Shown piece after piece: positions 19,900 through 27,401 of a DNA stretch of 64,000 nt (within the stretch, counting starts at the first letter, position 1; every line of letters begins with the position of its first letter). The position numbers and the translations under genes are program-made. This DNA comes from an uncultured Hyphomicrobiales bacterium (GTDB taxonomy: Bacteria > Pseudomonadota > Alphaproteobacteria > Rhizobiales > Beijerinckiaceae): assembly GCA_903900975.1 (NCBI GenBank), contig CAIUPE010000051.1, positions 678 through 64,677 of the forward strand. Direction: 5' to 3'. Under the pieces are notes generated by a model that did not search any database, was not told the DNA's origin, and saw nothing but the letters and a program-made list of their open reading frames with translations.

Positions 19900-21076
19900 A
19901 TTCTGGCTTGCCCTGCTCGTCTGCGGCATTAGCGCGAGCTCTGCTCTGGCGCAGTCCGAGCCGCCGCGCGATATGCGTATGGTCTATATCGATCGTGCCG
20001 AAGATCCGTTTTATGACCCGCCTGCCCAAACCGATGGTGTCATTCGGGTTGAAAATAGACCGCCAATCGCTGGCGCCGAGCTTGGCTTGAAAGATGTCGC
20101 TGCCTTGGGTCGTGCGGCTCAGGTCCATTTTGTCCTTGAACATCATACCGTTGCGGCGGATGGCGATGTGGCGGCCGATATTACCGCCGTCATGGCAACC
20201 TCGCCCGCGCTCGTTTTGCTTGATCTGCCGCATGACGACATTGTTAGCGCGGTCAAAGCCGTGCCATCCGGCTCGTTGGCACTGGTCAATATCCGCGATA
20301 CGAGCGACGATCTACGGCGCAACCTATGCGGCACCGCTTTGTTCCATACGATTCCCAGTCAAAGCGCCTATAGCGATGCGCTGGCGCAGATGATAGTTCG
20401 CAAAAACTGGAAACGGGTGTTAACCCTGATCGGGCCGGAACCCGAAGATCAGGAACTGGCGAAACTTTTTGCGGCTTCGGCGAAAAAATTTGGCGCCAAA
20501 ATTGTCGATACAAAACCCTTTATCGCGGGCAATGACCCGCGCAAGCGGGAAGAAAACTCGACGGCCTTGATGACGGGTGAAAGCGAGTACGATGTCATCT
20601 ATGTCGCTGATTCGACGGGCGATTTCGGTCGGTTTGTGGAATTTCGTCAGGTCAAACCCCGTCCGGTCATTGGCAGCGAGGGGCTTGAGGCATCGGCGTG
20701 GCACCGGGCGGCCGAGCGCTATGGGGCTCCCCAAGTCAATCATCGGTTTGAGCGGGATGCCGGACGCGCGATGAGCGATATGGATTGGAGCGCTTGGGTC
20801 GCTGTGAAGGCTGCCGCCGAGGCCGTCGCCCGCAATAAAGCGATGACAGGCGCTGCGGTCAGCGCGGCGCTCCTTTCCGGCACAATTGAAATTGAGATGA
20901 CGAAAGGTATTCCGGGATCCTTTCGCGCTTGGGACCACCAGCTGCGTCAACCCATCATGTTGCACACCGCAGATGCTGTCATCGCGATGGCACCGATTGA
21001 AGGCTTTTTGCACGAAAATTCCGTGCTCGATACGCTGGGACTTTCCGACCGCGATACGAATTGCAAGGCGAAATAG
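19892..21076 (+). CDS. Periplasmic substrate-binding protein of the quinoprotein-ADH-associated ABC system
   Basis: 394 aa with a signal peptide. The start overlaps the YVTN gene stop by 8 nt. Type-I (LivJ-like) SBP appearance. The gene order YVTN-SBP-ATPase-permease matches the PQQ-ADH-associated ABC set as I remember it. Confidence 0.7.
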   Translation: MNKFWLALLVCGISASSALAQSEPPRDMRMVYIDRAEDPFYDPPAQTDGVIRVENRPPIAGAELGLKDVAALGRAAQVHFVLEHHTVAADGDVAADITAVMATSPALVLLDLPHDDIVSAVKAVPSGSLALVNIRDTSDDLRRNLCGTALFHTIPSQSAYSDALAQMIVRKNWKRVLTLIGPEPEDQELAKLFAASAKKFGAKIVDTKPFIAGNDPRKREENSTALMTGESEYDVIYVADSTGDFGRFVEFRQVKPRPVIGSEGLEASAWHRAAERYGAPQVNHRFERDAGRAMSDMDWSAWVAVKAAAEAVARNKAMTGAAVSAALLSGTIEIEMTKGIPGSFRAWDHQLRQPIMLHTADAVIAMAPIEGFLHENSVLDTLGLSDRDTNCKAK

Positions 21077-21086
21077 GGCAAGCGCC

Positions 21087-21434
21087 CTATTTCGTGCAGT
21101 CGTTCAATTGTTTCTCGCCAACGGAAAATTCGGCATGCGCTTTAACGGCGACGGATTTGATGAGGCAGGTGCGGCCTGAAACATCTTTGAGCTTAAGGTC
21201 ATATTTGCCAGGCTGCACGTCTTTGACGGTGAGCATTTCGTCGGTTTCAACCGTTCCGTCTTTATCGTTAAGGCACTGATTGGGACCCCAATTTTGGGTG
21301 CCGGCGGGCGCAAGATACAGCTCGGAAATCGTTTCTGATGTAAGGTTCCAAAACCGGGTCGCCTTTTCGCCGGCAAAGGCTGGAAGGGTTGCCCCAATCA
21401 AAAGGGCTATGATGCCCGCATGCTTGATCTGCAT
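21087..21434 (-). CDS. Small secreted hypothetical protein (3 Cys in mature part)
   Basis: ATG 21434 gives MQIKHAGIIALLIGATLPAFAG, a signal peptide, followed by a roughly 95-aa beta-rich-looking domain. I recognise no family. It sits on the opposite strand inside the ABC gene set. Confidence 0.6.
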   Translation of the reverse strand: MQIKHAGIIALLIGATLPAFAGEKATRFWNLTSETISELYLAPAGTQNWGPNQCLNDKDGTVETDEMLTVKDVQPGKYDLKLKDVSGRTCLIKSVAVKAHAEFSVGEKQLNDCTK

Positions 21435-21559
21435 CGTTCGAAATCCTCTCTTGTCATTCCGGTAGGCCACTATTGGCCAAGCTCATCATCTTCCGACTTT
21501 CGCCATAAGGCAATCCAGTCTAATTCTATCACGAACACGATTAAGGAGAGTTTTTGCGC

Positions 21560-22306
21560 ATGCCTCCTGCTTTGTCGATTGACCGCCTCGTCAAGCGCTA
21601 TGGTCCGCTTGTGGCGTTGGATGCGATCAGCTTTTCGGTCGAACCCGGTCAGGTGGCCGCTCTGCTGGGGCCGAATGGCGCAGGCAAAACCACATTGTTT
21701 CAAATCCTCACCGGACTATTTGTCGCCGATAGTGGCCATGTTTCCCTTTTGGGTGTCGATGTGGCCCGCGATCCCGTGGCGGCTCTGCGCCAGCTCGGCA
21801 TCGTCTTCCAACAGTCGGCGCTCGATCCTGATTTGACGGCCCGGCAAAATCTCATCTTCCACGGCGGACTGCATGGCCTTTCGCGGGGGGATGCAGCCGC
21901 GCGCGCTGACGCTTGGCTCCGTGAATTTGGCTTAGCCGATGGCGCGTCAAAGCCCTGCCGACAGCTCTCGGGTGGAATGAAACGCCGGGTTGAACTCGCC
22001 CGTGCCCTGATGACCGATCCGGCGTTGATCTTGCTCGATGAGCCGACGCAGGGGCTCGATCCCAAAAGCCGCAAGGAACTCGTTGAAACCGTCTTCAGCC
22101 TGGCCCGTGGCCGCGGCCTCTCTGTGCTATGGGCCACCCATCTCGTCGGTGAGGTTGTCGATGCGGATGTGGTCATTGTGCTCGATCATGGCACGATTGT
22201 CGGCCAAGGAACGGCACCTCATCTGCTCGCGCAAACCGGAACAGCGACGCTTGAAGATGCTTTTCTCGCTTTGACCGCGCCGATTGAGGGAGGAAACCTC
22301 GCATGA
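21560..22306 (+). CDS. ABC transporter ATP-binding protein (ABC-2/DrrA-like)
   Basis: AAGGAGAG at 21543-21550, then ATG 21560. Walker A GPNGAGKTT, signature LSGGMKRR, Walker B LILLDEPTQGLD. Confidence 0.92.
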   Translation: MPPALSIDRLVKRYGPLVALDAISFSVEPGQVAALLGPNGAGKTTLFQILTGLFVADSGHVSLLGVDVARDPVAALRQLGIVFQQSALDPDLTARQNLIFHGGLHGLSRGDAAARADAWLREFGLADGASKPCRQLSGGMKRRVELARALMTDPALILLDEPTQGLDPKSRKELVETVFSLARGRGLSVLWATHLVGEVVDADVVIVLDHGTIVGQGTAPHLLAQTGTATLEDAFLALTAPIEGGNLA

Positions 22307-23103
22307 TCCGCTGGCTGAGAGCCCTCGAAGCCGTGGTCCGGCGGGACATTTTGCGGTTTTTCAAGCAGACCAGTCGGCTTGTGTCGGCGGTGGTGCGCCC
22401 GGCCTTGTGGTTGCTGGTTTTCGCGGCTGGTTTTCAAAATGTGTTGGGCGTTTCCATAACGCCGCCTTACGAAACTTATATTCCCTATGATGTGTATATG
22501 ACACCGGGCCTTCTGGGCATGGTGTTGTTGTTTCAGGGTATGCAATCCTCGTTATCCCTGGTGTTTGATCGGGAAGTGGGCCTTCTGCGGTTGCTTCTGA
22601 CGTCCCCTTTTCCGCGTGCCTATTTGCTGTTTGTGAAACTGGTGGCCGGCACGATTCTTGGCGTTGTGCAGGCGCTTGTTTTTCTTGCCATTGCGCGATT
22701 GGCAGGGGTTGATCTGCCAGACAGCGCCTTCTTAACGGTTGTTCCGGCGCTGGTGATCGGCGGCTTTACCTTGGCGTCGCTCGGCCTCTTGCTGTCGGTT
22801 TATGTTAAACGACTGGAAAATTATGCCGGTGCCATGAATTTCGTTATTTTTCCTTCGTTTTTCTTTTCCACCGCCCTTTATCCGCTGTGGAAGATCAGCG
22901 AGAGCGGTGCGGTCTGGATTGTCCATGTCGCCCAGATCAACCCGTTCACCTCGGTCGTTGAAATGATCCGGTTTGCTCTTTACGGCCAAATGGCATGGCA
23001 ACCCACGGCAATAACGCTATTGGCCGGTATTTTGGCGTTTTTGATGGCCGCGCGCGGGTATGATCCTCAAAAAGGGATGCTTGGCAGCAAAAGCCAAGAC
23101 TAG
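22303..23103 (+). CDS. ABC-2 type transporter permease
   Basis: 266 aa with about 6 TM helices. ATGA overlap with the ATPase gene. Confidence 0.88.
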   Translation: MIRWLRALEAVVRRDILRFFKQTSRLVSAVVRPALWLLVFAAGFQNVLGVSITPPYETYIPYDVYMTPGLLGMVLLFQGMQSSLSLVFDREVGLLRLLLTSPFPRAYLLFVKLVAGTILGVVQALVFLAIARLAGVDLPDSAFLTVVPALVIGGFTLASLGLLLSVYVKRLENYAGAMNFVIFPSFFFSTALYPLWKISESGAVWIVHVAQINPFTSVVEMIRFALYGQMAWQPTAITLLAGILAFLMAARGYDPQKGMLGSKSQD

Positions 23104-23162
23104 CAGAAACATATCGTCAGCCCGCCCCCTAGCGACGGGCCGGTGGTTAAGCTCGCACGGAA

Positions 23163-23209
23163 CGCGAGCCTCCCGGCTCGCCTCTTTTCTGCGCGCCGGG
23201 AGGCTCGCG
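23163..23209. other. Long GC-rich hairpin (15-bp stem) between convergent genes; terminator-like
   Basis: CGCGAGCCTCCCGGC (23163-23177) pairs perfectly with GCCGGGAGGCTCGCG (23195-23209). The 17-nt loop is TCGCCTCTTTTCTGCGC. A second small hairpin, GCTCGC-ACGGAA-GCGAGC, overlaps its 5' side. Confidence 0.6.
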
Positions 23210-23243
23210 GTCCAAGGCTATTTCAGCCTTTACAGCAATCGCC

Positions 23244-23381
23244 TCACGGATGAATCATCCGAACCATCGCAAACACAGCACCAAAAATAATAAGCGTCTG
23301 GCAAAACATCCATTTCAGAATATCCGCCTTTACACTTTCTATTTTGGCTTCAAGTTCCAGCTTGATTTGATCCAAATCCAC
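23244..23381 (-). CDS. Possible 45-aa coiled-coil + C-terminal TM peptide (DUF1640-tail-like)
   Basis: Below the ORF-track size cutoff. A GTG lies 1 nt after the stop of the upstream VOC ORF. It reads VDLDQIKLELEAKIESVKADILKWMFCQTLIIFGAVFAMVRMIHP. The architecture (amphipathic helix plus one TM) resembles the C-terminus of the DUF1640 protein at 29575-29895. It may be a gene remnant. Confidence 0.25.
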   Translation of the reverse strand: MDLDQIKLELEAKIESVKADILKWMFCQTLIIFGAVFAMVRMIHP

Positions 23382-23382
23382 C

Positions 23383-23577
23383 TCACCCCCGCTCCACCGG
23401 CGTCATCCATCCCATCGGTGCCCCTGTTGGGTCTTGCACAATCGCGATGCGGCCAACATCGGGTACGTCGAACGGTGCGCGGAGAATAACGCCGCCTGCT
23501 GTGATCAGCGCTTCGAGCCTTTTCTCCACATCGCCGGTGTTCAATTCACTCCAGAAAAAGGTACGGTGCTTTATCAT
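23383..23577 (-). CDS. Half-size VOC (glyoxalase/bleomycin-resistance fold) protein, single beta-alpha-beta-beta-beta module (64 aa)
   Basis: ATG 23577 is preceded by GGAGGTG with 3 nt (GCA) between. It reads MIKHRTFFWSELNTGDVEKRLEALITAGGVILRAPFDVPDVGRIAIVQDPTGAPMGWMTPVERG. This matches the W..E/Y..V.D......I...GG.I...P.....G.IA.V.DP.GA pattern of one VOC module. The longer 117-aa track ORF would overlap the tadA 3' end and shows no VOC-like sequence there. Confidence 0.5.
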   Translation of the reverse strand: MIKHRTFFWSELNTGDVEKRLEALITAGGVILRAPFDVPDVGRIAIVQDPTGAPMGWMTPVERG

Positions 23578-23668
23578 TGCCACCTCCGGTCTGGACGATC
23601 GACGCCAAGCTTCCTGCAAAAACCTGACACATAAAACTAACCAAGGGTTGTAAGGGCGGAAGGCTCCC

Positions 23669-24124
23669 TCACCCTCGCCGATCAGCAAAAAACACGCGCA
23701 ACAATTCGGCCGCTTCGGTTTCCCCGATCCCGCCATAGACGTCCGGCGCGTGGTGGCAGGTGGGTTGCGCGAAAAAGCGCGTGCCGTGATCGACAGCTCC
23801 GCCTTTTACATCGGCAGCGCCATAGTAAAGCCGCCGAATTCGGGCGAGTGAGATCGCACCGGCGCACATCGCGCAGGGCTCTAACGTCACGTGGAGATCG
23901 CAGCCGATCAGACGTTCCGAGCCGATTTTATGGGCGGCTTCGCGCAAAGCGAGGATTTCGGCGTGGGCGGTCGGGTCCCGGTCCATCACGATGCGATTGC
24001 CCGCAACGCTTAAAATCTCGCCATTGCGGGTAATAACAGCACCAACGGGAACTTCGCCGCGCTCGGAAGCCTGTTTTGCGGCCTTAAAGGCCTGTTCCAT
24101 CGGCGTCATTGTTTTTTGATCCAT
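23669..24124 (-). CDS. tadA: tRNA adenosine(34) deaminase
   Basis: 151 aa with the cytidine/deoxycytidylate deaminase zinc motifs HAEILALREA and PCAMCAGAI. Confidence 0.93.
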   Translation of the reverse strand: MDQKTMTPMEQAFKAAKQASERGEVPVGAVITRNGEILSVAGNRIVMDRDPTAHAEILALREAAHKIGSERLIGCDLHVTLEPCAMCAGAISLARIRRLYYGAADVKGGAVDHGTRFFAQPTCHHAPDVYGGIGETEAAELLRVFFADRRG

Positions 24125-24177
24125 CTTCTCGTCAAGCTATGCTCGCAACCGTTGAAATACTCTGCTATCAGCGGCGC

Positions 24178-26283
24178 ATGAATGACAAAAGCAAAAATCG
24201 TGGTGGCGGCAAAGGTCGGCCACCGAGTGCTGGTGGTGCAGGTCGCAGTCGCGGCCCAGGCGCCCGTGGCGACTCCTCAACCCCACGCGGCTTTCACAAA
24301 GCCCGCACCCCTGCGCCACGCGGCCCATCGGGCGACGAGGAGGGTAAAAAAGCCTTTCGTCCCCGCCGTCCAGCAGAAGGTCGCCCTTCCGGCGAGAGCG
24401 CCGGCACTAAACGGCCATTTTCGCCGCGCCCACCGCGCGAAGGTGCCAGCGAGGGTAAACGCCCGTTTACACCGAGAGGCGAGCGGCCAACCGGGGATCG
24501 CCCGAACCGTGAACGGCCCGCAGGCGATAGGCCTTACTCAGCCCGTCCGCCGCGCGAAGGCGCAAGCGAGAGACCAGCAGGGGATAGGCCGTTTCGCGGT
24601 CGTCCTGATGGGGATCGCCCAAGAGACAGTCGTCCGAGAGACAGCCGGCCAACAGGTGATCGTCCCTATAGTGAGCGGGGCGGCAAGCCGTCCGGCTTTA
24701 AAGGCAAGCCGCGCGTGGCTTCCGTGCCGAAAGAAAGCCCCGGCGAGCGCATCGCGAAAGTGATGGCGCGTGTGGGTCTCTGCTCGCGTCGCGATGCCGA
24801 GGAATGGATTTTGGCTGGTCGCGTGTCGATCAATGACGAGGTGCTCACCAGCCCCGCGCGTGACGTGTTGCCTACGGATACCGTGGAAGTCGATGGCGCG
24901 CCTTTGCCGACGCGCGAGCGTACCCGCCTGTTCCTCTACCATAAGGAACGCGGTCTGGTGACAACCGCGCGCGATCCGGAAGGTCGGCCAACCGTGTTCT
25001 CTAGGTTGCCCAAAAATCTGCCGCGCTTGATCACCATCGGACGTCTCGATATCAACACCGAAGGTCTGATGCTGCTCACCAATGATGGGGGGTTGGCCCG
25101 GATCATCGAGCTACCTGAAACCGGATGGCTCAGGCGGTATCGGGTGCGCTGCTACGGCGAAATCAGCCAGCCTGTGCTCGATAGTTTGCGCAGCGGCATC
25201 ACCGTTGACGGCATGAATTACGGCCCGATTGAAGCAACGCTTGATCGCGAAAAAGGCGACAATGTCTGGCTAACGCTCGGCCTGCGCGAAGGCAAAAACC
25301 GCGAAGTCAAACGCGTGTTGGAGCATCTGGGCTTGCAAGTGAACCGGCTGATCCGCGTTTCCTTCGGTCCGTTTCAACTTGGTGATTTGTCGGATGGTGC
25401 GGTGGAAGAGGTCAAGACCAGCTTCCTTAAAGCCCAATTGGGGCCAGCATTGACCGCTGAATCAGGCGTCGATTTTGAAGCGCCAATCTTCAACCACGAG
25501 CCGGAGCCGGAGCCCGAGCCGGTGCGGGAACGCTATCAGCGTCCAGAGCGCACGGATCGTTCTGATCGCCCCGAGCGGCCGGAACGCGAAGAGCGTGCGG
25601 AGCGCCCAGTACGCGGGCGGCCCGATGAAACCGATAACCGCCGTGGCAAGCCGGACCGCATGACGCGCACGGGCCCAAGGCCCTCACGGCCAGGCTCATC
25701 GCGCCCGCGGGATGACGCAGCCGAAGCAAGCGGTGACGCTCCCGTTCGGCCAAAATGGCGTCACCCAACTGAGCCATTGCGCAGCATTTGGCGCGCAGAG
25801 GATGCGGAGCAGGTCAGCTCGACGCGCACAACACCAAAAGCGCCTCGTCGTGGCGCTGATCCGAAGGAAATTCGGACGGAGAATGCCGAGCGCGAGCATC
25901 GCCGTTCGGGCAGCATCAAAACCCGTGGCGGCAAGTCCGTGCTGGTTGAAAAGTTAGCGCCTTCCCGTAGGGACGCACCGGTGCGCGAACGCGCCGATGT
26001 CGAGGCCTCGCGTCCTTCCTCACCGTTTAAGCCGAGAAAGCCTCGGCCAGAGGGTGATAGAGGGGATGCGGCTCCCAAGCGCGAATGGTCGCCGGGTGGC
26101 CGCTCTGTTGCGACCCGCGCGGCTGCCAAGCCCTCGGGCGAGCGTCCGACCACGGGTCGTGCCGATAGCAAGCCCTATCGTGGCGGCAGGCTTTCGGGCG
26201 GCAAGCCATCTGGCGATAAGCCGTCAGGTGGTCGTCCATCGGGTGGTGCGGCGCGCGGGCCGCGTCCGCCCCGGTCGCGTTGA
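24178..26283 (+). CDS. rluB: 23S rRNA pseudouridine synthase RluB-like with long Arg/Pro/Gly-rich N- and C-terminal extensions
   Basis: ATG 24178 (MNDKSKNRGGG..). S4 domain ERIAKVMARVGLCSRRDAEEWILAGRVSINDEV. RsuA/RluB catalytic motif GRLDINTEGLMLLTNDG. About 180 aa of repetitive RP.GDRP tail precede the domains and about 280 aa of R/P/E/G-rich tail follow them. Confidence 0.85.
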   Translation: MNDKSKNRGGGKGRPPSAGGAGRSRGPGARGDSSTPRGFHKARTPAPRGPSGDEEGKKAFRPRRPAEGRPSGESAGTKRPFSPRPPREGASEGKRPFTPRGERPTGDRPNRERPAGDRPYSARPPREGASERPAGDRPFRGRPDGDRPRDSRPRDSRPTGDRPYSERGGKPSGFKGKPRVASVPKESPGERIAKVMARVGLCSRRDAEEWILAGRVSINDEVLTSPARDVLPTDTVEVDGAPLPTRERTRLFLYHKERGLVTTARDPEGRPTVFSRLPKNLPRLITIGRLDINTEGLMLLTNDGGLARIIELPETGWLRRYRVRCYGEISQPVLDSLRSGITVDGMNYGPIEATLDREKGDNVWLTLGLREGKNREVKRVLEHLGLQVNRLIRVSFGPFQLGDLSDGAVEEVKTSFLKAQLGPALTAESGVDFEAPIFNHEPEPEPEPVRERYQRPERTDRSDRPERPEREERAERPVRGRPDETDNRRGKPDRMTRTGPRPSRPGSSRPRDDAAEASGDAPVRPKWRHPTEPLRSIWRAEDAEQVSSTRTTPKAPRRGADPKEIRTENAEREHRRSGSIKTRGGKSVLVEKLAPSRRDAPVRERADVEASRPSSPFKPRKPRPEGDRGDAAPKREWSPGGRSVATRAAAKPSGERPTTGRADSKPYRGGRLSGGKPSGDKPSGGRPSGGAARGPRPPRSR

Positions 26284-26301
26284 TCGGGCGGGTAGAAGCG
26301 G

Positions 26302-26886
26302 ATGCGGATTATCGCCGGACGTTTCAAAGGCAGGGCGCTCACGCCCCCGCAAGGGGATGAGACGCGCCCGACTTCTGATCGGTTGCGCGAAGCGCTCTTT
26401 AACGTTTTAGCGCATGGCTATGATGATCCGGTCACGGGTGCGCGGGTGCTGGATTTATTCGCCGGCACCGGCGCGTTGGGGCTAGAAGCGCTATCGCGCG
26501 GCGCGGCCTTTGTGCAGTTTGTTGAAGAAGCCGCTGCCGCTCGAGGCCTGATTAAGGCCAATGTCGAGGCGTTTGGCGTAGCAGGCATCACCAAAGTCTA
26601 TCGGCGGGATGCGACCTATATGGGGCCGGTGTCACCAGCCGAACCGTTCTCGCTTGTGTTTTGCGATCCGCCCTATGGCAAAGGCTTGGCGAAGCTCGCG
26701 CTCGCCTCGGCGCTGAAAGGCGGCTGGCTGACGCCAGATGCGCTTGTTATTATTGAAGAGCGCGCCAATCAGAATGATCTTCTGCCCGAGGGTTTCCATA
26801 TCATCGAAGAACGCGTTTACGGCTTAACCAAGCTGGTCTTTGCTGGCCTCGACCGTCCGGATGGCACCACCGAAGGTCTGAATTGA
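26302..26886 (+). CDS. rsmD: 16S rRNA (guanine966-N2)-methyltransferase
   Basis: 194 aa. MRIIAGRFKGR..L, SAM motif LDLFAGTGALGLEALSRGA and catalytic DPPYGKG. Confidence 0.9.
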   Translation: MRIIAGRFKGRALTPPQGDETRPTSDRLREALFNVLAHGYDDPVTGARVLDLFAGTGALGLEALSRGAAFVQFVEEAAAARGLIKANVEAFGVAGITKVYRRDATYMGPVSPAEPFSLVFCDPPYGKGLAKLALASALKGGWLTPDALVIIEERANQNDLLPEGFHIIEERVYGLTKLVFAGLDRPDGTTEGLN

Positions 26887-26949
26887 GATAATCCTCAACG
26901 GCCCTTCCGTTACGATGGGAGCGAATGTTTTCGGGAAAGGGAGCGGGCT

Positions 26950-27354
26950 ATGACCAGTGCATATAGACTTAGGACGGGCGGGTGCCTGTGTGGAGCGGTT
27001 AAGTTCACAGTCGATGGGCCGATGCGCGAAGTGGTCGCCTGCCATTGCGGACAATGCCGCAAGACAACCGGTAATTTCTTCACGGCTTCCAATGCACCGG
27101 CCGAGCGCGTAGCCTTTGTTGCGGATAGTGGTCTGACCTGGTTCAAATCGTCGGATAAGGCCGAGCGCGGCTTCTGCAACCAATGCGGCAGCAATCTTTT
27201 CTGGCGTGAATTCAAAAGCGACACGATCTCGATCACAGCCGGATCGCTCGATGGTGAGACGGGGCTCCATATTGCCGAGCATATTTATGTCGGTGATAAG
27301 CCGGATTGGTACGAAATTACCGACGGCAAGCCGCAATTTACGGTCTGGCGCTGA
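26950..27354 (+). CDS. GFA-family (glutathione-dependent formaldehyde-activating / CENP-V-like) zinc protein
   Basis: 134 aa with the Cys pattern CLCGAVKF ... CHCGQCRK ... CNQCGSNLF typical of the GFA domain. Confidence 0.85.
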   Translation: MTSAYRLRTGGCLCGAVKFTVDGPMREVVACHCGQCRKTTGNFFTASNAPAERVAFVADSGLTWFKSSDKAERGFCNQCGSNLFWREFKSDTISITAGSLDGETGLHIAEHIYVGDKPDWYEITDGKPQFTVWR

Positions 27355-27401
27355 CCTTTGAGCGTATGTGTAACCATTGACGGGTTTGGATATAAGATCT
27401 G

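Noticed and set aside
23383-23736. 117-aa version of the VOC-like ORF
   Set aside because: Its N-terminal 53 aa overlap the tadA 3' end and look non-protein-like (CCACFLLIGEGEG..). The internal ATG 23577 has a strong SD, so the short form is preferred.
24300-24760. Reiterated roughly 20-40-bp units (GGGGATCGCCC... / CCGCGCGAAGG...) that superficially look like a repeat array
   Set aside because: They lie in frame inside the rluB coding region and encode the RP.GDRP/PPREGAS low-complexity tail. There is no spacer/repeat regularity, so this is not CRISPR.
26824-27336. 170-aa minus-strand ORF opposite the GFA gene
   Set aside because: The plus-strand product has the full GFA Cys-motif set, and the antisense translation has no recognisable features.
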